DNA of 64,000 bases, from IMG/VR virus record IMGVR_UViG_3300042559_002108; one strand, 5' to 3'. Made by a program: the position numbers and the translations under genes. Each line of letters opens with the position of its first letter. The first letter of the stretch is position 1. Under the pieces are notes generated by a model. It searched no databases. It saw only the letters and a program-made list of their open reading frames with translations, and was not told the DNA's origin. This document shows, in pieces, positions 49,374 through 58,727 of the stretch. This DNA comes from an uncultured virus (IMG/VR IMGVR_UViG_3300042559_002108) (lineage: Duplodnaviria > Heunggongvirae > Uroviricota > Caudoviricetes).

Positions 49374-50255
49374 TTAATAATTTGATTTCGTAATATAAAA
49401 TTGTGGTGAATCTTCTTTGTATCCAGATTCTAATAAATGCTTCTTTAAATCTTCCCTAAGTGTAGGCATGTAAACATTTGTAGCTTTTTTTGACAATTCT
49501 GGGTCCTTTAATGGATCTGCTACATATTCGTGAACTGCTGGATTTGGAGTTCCCTGACTATACCATCCAAGATAACTGTACCTAAAACCTTCCTTAACTG
49601 GCTTAACCTCATGGGCAGCCATGTAGTTGGATGGAAAAAATAATATATCACCTTTTTTTGGAGAATAATCTATGTCTAAATAATTAAAATAATGATGTCC
49701 ACCAATATAATTTTGACCGTTTAATTGTTCTTCGGTATCAATAGAATCATTAAAGTATACTAAACTTGTTACAACATTCCTCAAAGCTAATTGATCTTGA
49801 GGTTCTAATACGCCGTATATATAATCACCACTAATATCGGAATGGGAACCAAGATAAACATTTTTTGGATATTGCAATATGTGACCTTTAACTTTCCACC
49901 ATACACATTTGTAAGCTAATGGAAATAATTCAAAATATTGCAACAAGCATTTGTCTTTTGCTGACTCTATAAAACAAAAAAGATCAAGTAAATCTTCGTT
50001 GTCTTTGTAGTGTATAGCACTAGCTCTTTTTGGCATTAAGTCAATGCTATCCCTATTAAAGAAGTACCCACTTTTATTCACGTATATCTCTTCACCAGTT
50101 TCAGGGTCTATCCCCGGAGAGTACATCTCGTTCCATTCTTCTTCTATTAGGTTATTTGATCTCTTGAGTAAATTCTCCCAATCTAAATCTATACAACCTT
50201 CAAATACTACAACTCCACCACCTAAGTGTTTTGGTTCCACTTTATTGAATATCAT
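49374..50255 (-). CDS. 2OG-Fe(II) oxygenase (P4H-like)
   Basis: HSD...YFND...FPSNYMAAHEV..GFRYS. Confidence 0.85.
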   Translation of the reverse strand: MIFNKVEPKHLGGGVVVFEGCIDLDWENLLKRSNNLIEEEWNEMYSPGIDPETGEEIYVNKSGYFFNRDSIDLMPKRASAIHYKDNEDLLDLFCFIESAKDKCLLQYFELFPLAYKCVWWKVKGHILQYPKNVYLGSHSDISGDYIYGVLEPQDQLALRNVVTSLVYFNDSIDTEEQLNGQNYIGGHHYFNYLDIDYSPKKGDILFFPSNYMAAHEVKPVKEGFRYSYLGWYSQGTPNPAVHEYVADPLKDPELSKKATNVYMPTLREDLKKHLLESGYKEDSPQFYITKSNY

Positions 50256-51169
50256 AATCTTCCAATTTCTTCATTGGTATTATTGCTTGTCATTGGCCTG
50301 TTAGCGGCTTCAGTTAAAAGTGACATTAACTCTGGATCTGTATTTGCATGTTTTCTTTCTATTGCCTCCAAATAGTCATTAACTATATCTGGCATCCATA
50401 CTTGCCCGCTATCCATTACTTCAGAAGGCTGTCTGATATTTACGCCTCTATTTGGATCACTTGATCCATGTGCAAAATAGCCAACATAAGCGTATCTTTC
50501 TCCCTCTTTACATTCCATAACCTTGTGTGTTCCTAAGTAATTAGAAGGAAACATTAAAACGTCTCCAGCTTTTGGGAAATAAGTAAATTTAGCGTAAGGA
50601 AAAACTATTTCACCGCCTACGTAATCATGTTTATCTTGAATCTCACTAACGGAATCATTAAAATAAATAAGACCACCTAAAACATTTCTTATAGCTAACT
50701 GTTGATCGGGTTCTGCTCCTGGTTGGTAGTTAACATCATTGTCACAGTGCTTGCCAAATCTTGCACCTTTTCCATACCCCACTATATGACCTTGAGTTCT
50801 CCACCATAAACAAGTAAGCATCATGGGAAATATCTCTATGTATCTAATCATGCAGGCGTAGAGGGCATCCTCACATGCTTTAAAGAAATCAAAATACTCT
50901 TGACCCAACCCCTCGTGCATAAAGTTCATAATATGATTAGATGCAATTTCTACATCTTCTAAAGTATACCTATGTCCACTTCTGTTGATTGCATACAAGG
51001 GATTACCTAAATCGTCGTTAATAAAAGTAAAATCATCCTTTAAAGCCTGTAGGCGTACGCTTTTAGCAAAATCTAATATATAACCATGATCTTGCATTGG
51101 AAGTACATTCTTAAAAAGAACAATTCCCATATCATGCATTTCTATATTTTCTTCTTTTATCTCAAACAC
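50252..51169 (-). CDS. 2OG-Fe(II) oxygenase (P4H-like)
   Basis: HCD...YFND...GGEIVF...FPSNYLGTHKV..GERY. Confidence 0.85.
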   Translation of the reverse strand: MFEIKEENIEMHDMGIVLFKNVLPMQDHGYILDFAKSVRLQALKDDFTFINDDLGNPLYAINRSGHRYTLEDVEIASNHIMNFMHEGLGQEYFDFFKACEDALYACMIRYIEIFPMMLTCLWWRTQGHIVGYGKGARFGKHCDNDVNYQPGAEPDQQLAIRNVLGGLIYFNDSVSEIQDKHDYVGGEIVFPYAKFTYFPKAGDVLMFPSNYLGTHKVMECKEGERYAYVGYFAHGSSDPNRGVNIRQPSEVMDSGQVWMPDIVNDYLEAIERKHANTDPELMSLLTEAANRPMTSNNTNEEIGRL

Positions 51170-52281
51170 TATATCAACCTAGGTTCTGTTCCGCATGGCC
51201 CTTCTGGGAAAGCATTATCTGATTGTTTTAATTCCTCTTGTTTATCAACTTCAACGATATCATGACTTTGTGAGTATTGAGTGACTTCTCTACCCTGGTA
51301 AACTGGATTCCACCCAGCCTCTACTCCAAATTCTGCTGATCTGTTTTCCCATCTTGAATAAGGCGTTCTGCAATACATTTCGTAATCGTCATAAATATTA
51401 TTGAACCACACAGGGGGACACCACTCAAAACTTTCTGATGGTTCAGATATCACCACATTGGCCGATATGTCAGACGATCCTTGACCGAAAAATGTTAGAT
51501 AGGAGTATCTAACTCCGTTACCCATTCTTCCTACATCGTGTGCTGCGACGTAGTTTGTCGGAAAGAATATAATATCTCCTTTTTGAGGCTTATAAGAAAC
51601 CCCTAAATGAACAAATCTTAGATGTCCACCAGTAAAGTTTCTGCCATCTAGTTCGCTTTCATCATCGACGCAATCATTCAGATACAACAATGCTCCACAG
51701 GTCTGCCTAGAGGCGACCATGCCCTTAGGCATGTATCTAACGCCATTAGTCACTTTGTAATTTGTGTCGTTATCAGCGTGGCACCCTAGTATTCCACCAT
51801 CACCATACCTAAGTATATGACCTCTAGTCTTCCACCAAATAGACCCAATCATTAATGGGTAATAATCTATGTATTTAATTAAACCTTTGTATATTTGATC
51901 TTCTAAATAAATAAAGAAATTTTTTACTTCTTCTTCAGTTTTAGGGTTTACTGGATCTAATATTCTTACTGGAGCTGCTGGAACATCTTCCATTCTATAT
52001 TTAAATCCGTCTTCATTGATTCCATATGTAACGCCATCTACTTCTTTGTATGACCATCTATTTTTATGTGCTTCTTCAGCTCTTGAATCTATGTGGCCAA
52101 GAATTAAATCTTGGTCTATCGTAAACGCATTTCTAATCACAACTATACCAGGTGCTAATTCTTCGGTTTCAAAATCAGCTATTTCTTTTATGGTTGCTTC
52201 ATCAAAATGAGGCGATACCGGATATGCAGTACTGCTCATTCTTGATTCATCTTTTTCAAAAAAAGAACTACTATCTTCCAT
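51169..52281 (-). CDS. 2OG-Fe(II) oxygenase (P4H-like)
   Basis: HAD...YLND...FPTNYVAAHDV..GVRYS. Confidence 0.85.
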   Translation of the reverse strand: MEDSSSFFEKDESRMSSTAYPVSPHFDEATIKEIADFETEELAPGIVVIRNAFTIDQDLILGHIDSRAEEAHKNRWSYKEVDGVTYGINEDGFKYRMEDVPAAPVRILDPVNPKTEEEVKNFFIYLEDQIYKGLIKYIDYYPLMIGSIWWKTRGHILRYGDGGILGCHADNDTNYKVTNGVRYMPKGMVASRQTCGALLYLNDCVDDESELDGRNFTGGHLRFVHLGVSYKPQKGDIIFFPTNYVAAHDVGRMGNGVRYSYLTFFGQGSSDISANVVISEPSESFEWCPPVWFNNIYDDYEMYCRTPYSRWENRSAEFGVEAGWNPVYQGREVTQYSQSHDIVEVDKQEELKQSDNAFPEGPCGTEPRLI

Positions 52282-52898
52282 TATCCCAATACCTCATCTA
52301 TAGCTTGCCTAATAGTCCACCCTGCACCTTGAATTCTAGGAGTTTCATCTAGTGGCATGTCTTGCCAGTTAAACCTAGATATCATCATTCCATCTCTGCT
52401 AATTAAAAACTTTTCATAGTTATGGGAGATTCTTGCCATTGCTTGGCCTGCTAAGTTTTGACCCTTTTGAGCCTCTTCACTACCGTCTGCTGCAAAGTCT
52501 GAATAAGCTCTTTTTTCATAACCCTTAAGAAAGGCAAAGGCTTCGTGTTCATTTTTTCCATTTACTTCAACTTTTTCAAAAATAGGAAAAGTAACAAAAG
52601 AATAATTTTGTTTAATAAAATCTGCTATTTCTTCATTAGTACCAGGATCCATTGACCCAAACTGATTGCAAGGAAATGCTAATACAGAAAAACCTCTATC
52701 GCTAAACTCCTCATGTACGGACTGCAATTGTCCAAGTTGCCTACATGTTCTTGCGTATGACCATAATTTTGAACACTGGGGTTCATAACCAAATTTGCTG
52801 GCTATATTTACGACTAATGTTATCTTGCCTTTAAATTCAGAAAGATAATCTTCTCTTCCATGTATTGAAGAAGCTGAAAAATTGTAAAAAGACATCAT
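52281..52898 (-). CDS. Glutathione peroxidase-like protein with an atypical active site
   Basis: 'GKITLVVNIASKFG', 'VLAFPCNQFG', 'VTFPIFEKVEVNG' and 'HNYEKFLI'. Confidence 0.85.
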   Translation of the reverse strand: MMSFYNFSASSIHGREDYLSEFKGKITLVVNIASKFGYEPQCSKLWSYARTCRQLGQLQSVHEEFSDRGFSVLAFPCNQFGSMDPGTNEEIADFIKQNYSFVTFPIFEKVEVNGKNEHEAFAFLKGYEKRAYSDFAADGSEEAQKGQNLAGQAMARISHNYEKFLISRDGMMISRFNWQDMPLDETPRIQGAGWTIRQAIDEVLG

Positions 52899-53212
52899 TT
52901 AACTCCAATAAATGAAGTCGTTAGATACTGGTCCATCTTTAATATTCCAGCTATTTTATTATTTTCTATTAGATCTGCAGTTATTGATACGGTTGTTTTA
53001 ATAGGAAACTCTGTTTGCACAAAACAATGAAAAGTATTATCTACAAAACTAGCATCATAGATTACTGAAGAGCCTTTTTCGTGAGACACTGATCCGGAAA
53101 AAAAAGAATTTGTTGCCTCTATATTCAATGCATAATCTTCTTCGCCAAATGGGGTATTTACAGATAGTGTCCATTTTCCTAAAATGTCTAATGAATTATT
53201 TACTTGAGTCAT
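52895..53212 (-). CDS. Hypothetical beta-barrel protein
   Basis: The likely start is MTQVNN at 53212; contains 'LGKWTLSVNTPFGE'. Confidence 0.55.
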   Translation of the reverse strand: MTQVNNSLDILGKWTLSVNTPFGEEDYALNIEATNSFFSGSVSHEKGSSVIYDASFVDNTFHCFVQTEFPIKTTVSITADLIENNKIAGILKMDQYLTTSFIGVK

Positions 53213-53218
53213 ATAATA

Positions 53219-53227
53219 ATTATACCA
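53219..53227 (-). promoter_or_regulatory. Extended -10 promoter TGGTATAAT, probably giving a leaderless transcript
   Basis: Perfect TGnTATAAT located 6 nt upstream of the ATG at 53212, with no SD between. Confidence 0.55.
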
Positions 53228-53240
53228 TATAATAATATTT

Positions 53241-53912
53241 TTATTCGTAGAAAAAACTTCCATTAGATAACGCTAAGGGCGGATTGTCTTTATGCCAAAT
53301 GTTAATAACAAGAACTTGCCTTATACCAGATTTTGACCCTACAGTGTTATGTAACACATGACCGGCGTCAAAAAAAATAGCTCTATTTCCTTTGTAGGTT
53401 ATTTTTTCTCTATCCCTTTTTAAAGATATATATTTTTTAATATATTTTTTTTCTAGTATATTTTTTTTGCCATCTTCTAATGCTTTTTTGTGTATTTCTA
53501 AAAATCCACCATCTTTATTTTCTTTACCATAAAAAACACAGCCATATATTGGTCCAGTAAAAATTTTTGACTCTGAGTAAAGGAATGTGTCTTCATCCAC
53601 ATGAACATCTAAGTATTGTCCTGGAAGATAAGTTCTTGTCCAATACTCAAATCCCAGAATATCATCTAGATTCCAAATCATTAAATCTTGCCATAGAGAT
53701 TGAATAACTTTTTTCTTTAATGTGTTAGCTGGAGTTCTCCACCAACCATCCCAAAACATATATGGGGCGAAACAATCGCTTTTCTCATTGTGGTATGAAT
53801 TTAGATGTTCTGCTATTTTTTCTCCATGATTCATTAGTTCAGGAAAAAAAGATGAATCATTTAATACCTGATCATACAAGCTGTCGCTTAACGAGTTATC
53901 TTTTACTAACAA
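53241..53912 (-). CDS. 2OG-Fe(II) oxygenase-like protein
   Basis: HVD...GGFLEI...FDAGHVLHNT...GIRQVLVINIW. Confidence 0.75.
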   Translation of the reverse strand: MLVKDNSLSDSLYDQVLNDSSFFPELMNHGEKIAEHLNSYHNEKSDCFAPYMFWDGWWRTPANTLKKKVIQSLWQDLMIWNLDDILGFEYWTRTYLPGQYLDVHVDEDTFLYSESKIFTGPIYGCVFYGKENKDGGFLEIHKKALEDGKKNILEKKYIKKYISLKRDREKITYKGNRAIFFDAGHVLHNTVGSKSGIRQVLVINIWHKDNPPLALSNGSFFYE

Positions 53913-54004
53913 TTTATCTACTAAATTCTTTCTACTAATTATATAATATTATCTTTTACTAACAATTTATCTACTAAATTCTTTCTACTAATTATATAAT
54001 ATTA
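53896..54004. repeat. Perfect 53-bp tandem duplication over a promoter/start region
   Basis: TTATCTTTTACTAACAATTTATCTACTAAATTCTTTCTACTAATTATATAATA occurs twice, starting at 53896 and 53949. Confidence 0.9.
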
Positions 54005-54013
54005 ATAATAATA

Positions 54014-55216
54014 CTATTTATTTTCTTCAGAAAAATTTATTGGTTTTGTAGTTGAAAAAAGATATTCTTTTACCAATTCTCTTTCTTCTTTTTTAAGAAA
54101 ACTAAAATATTTTATTATTACATCATCTACACTGTTATTTTTATGTTTAAGTTGTTCATAACCTGGAGATTCATAAATAATTTTTAATATATCAGCGCAT
54201 GAAGTTGTATCTGGATCTAGAACATTTTCTAACAAAAAACCACTAACAATAGTTTCAAAGAATTCATTTTCTTTATTTAACATAGAAGAAGGAATTTCTA
54301 TTTCTAATGGATAATTATTATTTAATGAATAAAGAGTTTTATATCTTATCTTCGACATAAACCACTGCTTGAACTTTGGTGGAATTTCTGAAGGTTCATT
54401 TATTGATTGTCTTGGATTTTCATCTCCGTTAAAATAGTACTCAAGCACTGTACTTGGCTGGTAGCTGACTATTTCTTCAAGCGCATCTTCTGGGATATCC
54501 CAGTCATCAAAAGCTGCCTTACACTTTAGGGCTATTGTATCATTAGAATTCCATGGCTCATTAGCAAGCGCTGCCCATTGATATGCCATTTTTAATATGT
54601 GCGGAAAAGTTTGAGACATAAAAACTCTTCCCGGCCAATCTTTATATGCCCTATCATTCATCTCACCATGAGTTAACTTATTTATATATAAGTTAGACAT
54701 AGACGGAAGAACTAATTGCCACCCTATGACTGTATCGTTACCTAAATAAGTTCTATCTAAAATATCAGAAGCATTTTCTTTGTTTGCATCTAGAAAAGGC
54801 ATAGAAATATAGTGATCATCTATTACATCGCACCTTCTTTTAGGATCTACTGCAGAACCAAGCCACTCACCGTGCTCTTCCTTAGATATGAGACCAACTG
54901 AGTTGTGCAATATGAATGTGTGAATATTTTTACTATATTCACCAGAAAGAATATCGTCAAGAGCCTCAAATGTTTCTGTGTTTATATCTTCAGAGTTATT
55001 CTCTGAAATAATTCTAAGAGTAAACTCTGACCTTAAAGTGTAGATTTTAGTAAAAGCTATTAAAGCTTTATTCCCTATCTCATAGACGTCATAGTGTTCA
55101 TACTCCCTTAAGCCACTTGGATGAACTGTATATATTGCAAAATCTTCCTTGATAGAAGTAATAGCGTAACAAGCATAAAGAGATGGGTCATAATCTTCTG
55201 TATTTTTATAGATCAT
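54014..55216 (-). CDS. Hypothetical protein
   Basis: 400-aa ORF with no recognised motif. Confidence 0.6.
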   Translation of the reverse strand: MIYKNTEDYDPSLYACYAITSIKEDFAIYTVHPSGLREYEHYDVYEIGNKALIAFTKIYTLRSEFTLRIISENNSEDINTETFEALDDILSGEYSKNIHTFILHNSVGLISKEEHGEWLGSAVDPKRRCDVIDDHYISMPFLDANKENASDILDRTYLGNDTVIGWQLVLPSMSNLYINKLTHGEMNDRAYKDWPGRVFMSQTFPHILKMAYQWAALANEPWNSNDTIALKCKAAFDDWDIPEDALEEIVSYQPSTVLEYYFNGDENPRQSINEPSEIPPKFKQWFMSKIRYKTLYSLNNNYPLEIEIPSSMLNKENEFFETIVSGFLLENVLDPDTTSCADILKIIYESPGYEQLKHKNNSVDDVIIKYFSFLKKEERELVKEYLFSTTKPINFSEENK

Positions 55217-55223
55217 TTAAAAT

Positions 55224-55472
55224 TTACTCTTCCTCTGACTTTACAAGTATTTCAAATTGTAATATTTTTTCTTCTACTTTTTTAATTTTTAACAGCAATT
55301 CTTTAATATAAAAATGTGACATTCTATCTTCTTCTGGAATAAACTCTTCTGCATTAAAGTCTTCTGGGTCTATTCCTACTGCACAAAGCCTTTGAACTAA
55401 GTCCATTTCAAAAGATTTTCTTGTTTGTTTGTAAACTGATAATTTTTCTTCTGAAGAAAGTTTAAATTCCAT
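55224..55472 (-). CDS. Small helical hypothetical protein (paralog of 55462..55731)
   Basis: Shares the pattern S.E.KL.(V/I)Y......E.....R....G.DP..F with its neighbour. Confidence 0.6.
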   Translation of the reverse strand: MEFKLSSEEKLSVYKQTRKSFEMDLVQRLCAVGIDPEDFNAEEFIPEEDRMSHFYIKELLLKIKKVEEKILQFEILVKSEEE

Positions 55473-55731
55473 CTTCTTCTTTTTCTAGTAGATTAATTTT
55501 ATTTTTTATAGACAAATAAGAAATAGCAAAATCATTGATAACTATTTGGATATCGTAATTATGAACTGATTTATCTATTGATTCAAAAGAATTGATAAAT
55601 TCATTGAGATCAAAAAAATCAGGATCCATTCCTATTTCTAATACTCTAGAAAGTATTTCATGCTCTATTACGTTTATTCTTTTGTTATAAATTTGTAATT
55701 TTTGCTCTTTTGAAACATTTGAAAAATTCAT
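55462..55731 (-). CDS. Small helical hypothetical protein
   Basis: 89 aa with an AAGGT RBS; paralogous to the next gene. Confidence 0.6.
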   Translation of the reverse strand: MNFSNVSKEQKLQIYNKRINVIEHEILSRVLEIGMDPDFFDLNEFINSFESIDKSVHNYDIQIVINDFAISYLSIKNKINLLEKEEDGI

Positions 55732-55801
55732 ATGAAACTACCTTACTTTGTAATTAAAATTTTTAGATTATTACATTATAGTAATAAGATATAATCATTA
55801 A

Positions 55802-56509
55802 CTAATTGGAACTTGGTTCCTTTAGCTTTAATAAGCCATCATTTTTCGGACCTATGGAATTGCCATTTTCGTCTAAACCGGTTCTTATCCCGTTCATCCA
55901 GGTCCATGGTTGTTCGTGAAGCTTCTTCATTTTTGCGTCCCCGTATGATTGACGTTTAGCCATTAGTTCTGGTTTATCCCAAAGGTTTTCAACTACTAAT
56001 TCTGCATTTTCTAAGAGATCATTTTTATAAATATTAAAAAACATAAACGGCATTCCTGCTTCAAATTTAACTGGTTCACCAATCTTAGTTATCTTCCAGT
56101 TCATATTGAATTCATCAGGCCACCAAGAACTAGGTATTGAGGCAGACAAAGGTGATGCTCCATCAATAAAATAATTAGGAGATCCGGTTATCCAAGTGTC
56201 GTAACTTTCCTCTGTATTAATAGCCCATCCCGTAGCAAAGGAAATAATCCCTATTATCGAAGGGATCACGATTGGTCTTCCATCCAAGAACTCACCCTCT
56301 AAAACTCTAGGAACAGTATTTCCACCATCCCATTGAATAACAACATCTTGTTGAAGAATTAATTCCCAACCATTAACGTTGGCAGCTGACATAGGCAGAC
56401 AACGGTAAGCATGTTTGTTGTAAGTTTCATCCATCCAGTCTCTTTTTAATCTAGACTGACTAATTTTTGGTGGATTTTGATGAGTTTTAGTTAAGGTTAT
56501 TTTAGTCAT
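55802..56509 (-). CDS. DUF6065-like protein
   Basis: 'RDWMDETYNKHAYRCLPMSAANVNGWEL' and 'FNMNWKIT...VKFEAGMPF'; the likely start is MTKITL at 56509. Confidence 0.65.
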   Translation of the reverse strand: MTKITLTKTHQNPPKISQSRLKRDWMDETYNKHAYRCLPMSAANVNGWELILQQDVVIQWDGGNTVPRVLEGEFLDGRPIVIPSIIGIISFATGWAINTEESYDTWITGSPNYFIDGASPLSASIPSSWWPDEFNMNWKITKIGEPVKFEAGMPFMFFNIYKNDLLENAELVVENLWDKPELMAKRQSYGDAKMKKLHEQPWTWMNGIRTGLDENGNSIGPKNDGLLKLKEPSSN

Positions 56510-56510
56510 C

Positions 56511-57194
56511 TTAAAGTTTTTTAAGGGTAACTCCAGATTCTTCCTTAGTTCCATCGCTAGTATTTAGTGCTTGATGATATTCTTTATTGTTATCTTTATA
56601 ATCAAACATGGTAACAGCAGAATATTTAATTCCTTCAGTTACCGGCATCGCTCCGTGGGCAAATATATAAGTAGATGGGAAAAAGAGCACGTCTCCTTTT
56701 TTGGGTTTAAATTTTAAGTCAATATAAGGAAACCATAGTTCTCCCCCTTCATAGTCGTCATTTAGGTATACTAGAGAAGAAAGGGTACATGTATATGAAA
56801 AACCGTGATCAGTGTGAACTGAGAAATGTTGTCCAACTTCATATCTTACAAAGTTGATAGATTCCATAAATTCCATTTTAAAATTATATCTAGCTTCATA
56901 ATCTGCTAGACACTTTTTTAATATTGCGTCTGTATCATCATAAATATTTTTAATTTCTTTTAAATCCTCAGGAAGATGAGGCCAATGGGCTGGACCAACT
57001 TTTAGGTCAACACAATCTCTATAGTCAGGCATAGGCGTATTGTATCCAACCGTAGCGGTATTCCATTTAAAATATTCATGATCACTATCTTTTAGAGTTT
57101 CTTCTAATCGATTAACGAGATTAAGGTCTTCTGACATTACATCTCTATATAAAATTATACCAAATTTTGGATCTTCTACATTATAAATTTCCAT
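56511..57194 (-). CDS. 2OG-Fe(II) oxygenase (P4H-like)
   Basis: HTD...YLNDDYEGGELWF...FPSTYIFAHGAMPVTEGIKYS; the likely start is MEIYNV at 57194 with a GAGG RBS. Confidence 0.9.
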   Translation of the reverse strand: MEIYNVEDPKFGIILYRDVMSEDLNLVNRLEETLKDSDHEYFKWNTATVGYNTPMPDYRDCVDLKVGPAHWPHLPEDLKEIKNIYDDTDAILKKCLADYEARYNFKMEFMESINFVRYEVGQHFSVHTDHGFSYTCTLSSLVYLNDDYEGGELWFPYIDLKFKPKKGDVLFFPSTYIFAHGAMPVTEGIKYSAVTMFDYKDNNKEYHQALNTSDGTKEESGVTLKKL

Positions 57195-57226
57195 TTTTTC
57201 CTCAATACTAATCGGACTTTTTGTTA

Positions 57227-57235
57227 TGATATAAT
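57227..57235 (+). promoter_or_regulatory. Extended -10 promoter TGATATAAT for the plus-strand trio
   Basis: TGnTATAAT in the divergent intergenic gap; a GGAG RBS precedes the ATG at 57281. Confidence 0.55.
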
Positions 57236-57280
57236 ATAGCACAGGGCACAGGGCAAATCAAGCTACATTGGAGTAATAAA

Positions 57281-57901
57281 ATGGATGAATCTCTAATAAA
57301 ACCAGGGCACTTTGGGAAAGAAATTAACAACATTAAATTATATAAAAATTTTGTTGACTTAGAAGATCTTAAAATTATACAAAAGTTTTTACCTACAATT
57401 TCTGAATGGATGGATGCAGGGGAAAATCAGTATGCTGAAGATGGAACCTGCACATATGATGCTTCTTATTGGTCTAATAGACAATGCAGTTGGGACATAC
57501 TTGAAAGAATTAATATTGACATTTATAATATTATAGAAAAATATATTCAAAAAATGAAAAAATGTTTAGAAGATTCTTTTAAAGTAGAACTGTCGACAAG
57601 ACCACCAGTGATAATAAAATGGCGTCCTGGGATGGAGCAGAGACCCCATGCCGACAAGCAGATGAACGATGGAAGACCTAATCCTTTTCCTACGTATGAT
57701 ATAAATTCTTTAATTTACTATAATGATGACTTTGAAGGTGGAGAGCTGTACTATCCAGATTACGATTTAGTCGTAAAGCCGGAACCAGGCTTAGCGGTTG
57801 CTCACCCTGGGGACGTTAATTACCTTCACGGTGTAAAGTGTATTATCTCGGGAGAAAGATATACTACACCATCTTTTTATACAATAACTAAGGTTTTATG
57901 A
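57281..57901 (+). CDS. 2OG-Fe(II) oxygenase (P4H-like)
   Basis: HAD...YYNDDFEGGELYY...YLHGV..GERYT. Confidence 0.9.
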   Translation: MDESLIKPGHFGKEINNIKLYKNFVDLEDLKIIQKFLPTISEWMDAGENQYAEDGTCTYDASYWSNRQCSWDILERINIDIYNIIEKYIQKMKKCLEDSFKVELSTRPPVIIKWRPGMEQRPHADKQMNDGRPNPFPTYDINSLIYYNDDFEGGELYYPDYDLVVKPEPGLAVAHPGDVNYLHGVKCIISGERYTTPSFYTITKVL

Positions 57902-58690
57902 ATGATTAAACAGGCTTATATGGATGAATTATCATTTGATGATATTGAAAAAAATATTGATAAGTACTTTAGTTTATTTTTAAAATATGGTTTAGTATGT
58001 TTTAGGAGAAGTTTTTTTGATATTTTTGAGCAGGAAAAAATTACTAAATTATTTGCTAAAAAATTAAATTGCAATTACATTTCTCCACAAGACAACGAAG
58101 ATCATTCTTTTACTTTTGATAAAAATATTAAATTAATGTCTAAAAATGAAATTTTTATTCCGTGGCATCTGGAACATCTTAAAAAAGAACACCCTCAGGT
58201 AGCAGCTTCTTGGAATATGTTGTCTTTTGAATGTGAGACAGGTGTAGGAAATACAGGTTTTGTAAGTGCAATTGATTTGTATAACAAAATGCCTGTTGAA
58301 TGGAAATCTTTCTTAGACGTGTGCGACGTAATGACTGAAGGTGTATATATTTTACCAAGAAAATGTATACAAAATCATAGAATTAAAGATGAAAAAATTA
58401 TTAGACTTTCTCCAAACTATCCCATTTATGAAGATGTTCTTTATTCTGTAAATAAAGAACATCCATCAAAAAAAGACATTAAATTATTTAATGAAATTGT
58501 TGTTTGGTATAAAGAACAAGTAGAGGATAATGTAAATATTCAAAATTGGTGGGAGTGGTCTAATGGCGATTTGTTAATTGTAGACTTAAGCTATATGATT
58601 CATGCGGTAAAAGGTGGTTTTACTCCTGGCCAAAGAATTTTTTCTAGATACTGGATTTTCGTTAATGAAACAGATTATACTCTAGGTTAA
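57902..58690 (+). CDS. TauD/TfdA-family 2OG-dependent dioxygenase
   Basis: 'KYGLVCFR', 'WHLE', 'GNTGFVS' and 'WSNGDLLIVD...HAV..GF...RIFSR'. Confidence 0.8.
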   Translation: MIKQAYMDELSFDDIEKNIDKYFSLFLKYGLVCFRRSFFDIFEQEKITKLFAKKLNCNYISPQDNEDHSFTFDKNIKLMSKNEIFIPWHLEHLKKEHPQVAASWNMLSFECETGVGNTGFVSAIDLYNKMPVEWKSFLDVCDVMTEGVYILPRKCIQNHRIKDEKIIRLSPNYPIYEDVLYSVNKEHPSKKDIKLFNEIVVWYKEQVEDNVNIQNWWEWSNGDLLIVDLSYMIHAVKGGFTPGQRIFSRYWIFVNETDYTLG

Positions 58691-58727
58691 AATAAAATGG
58701 ACAAGAGGTTAAAATAAAATGGACAAG
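58684..58727. repeat. Perfect 22-bp tandem duplication of a gene junction (stop, RBS and ATG)
   Basis: AGGTTAAAATAAAATGGACAAG occurs twice, at 58684-58705 and 58706-58727. Confidence 0.9.

Noticed and set aside
52790..52800. Selenocysteine in the GPx-like gene
   Set aside because: The codon at the catalytic position is TTT (Phe), not TGA.
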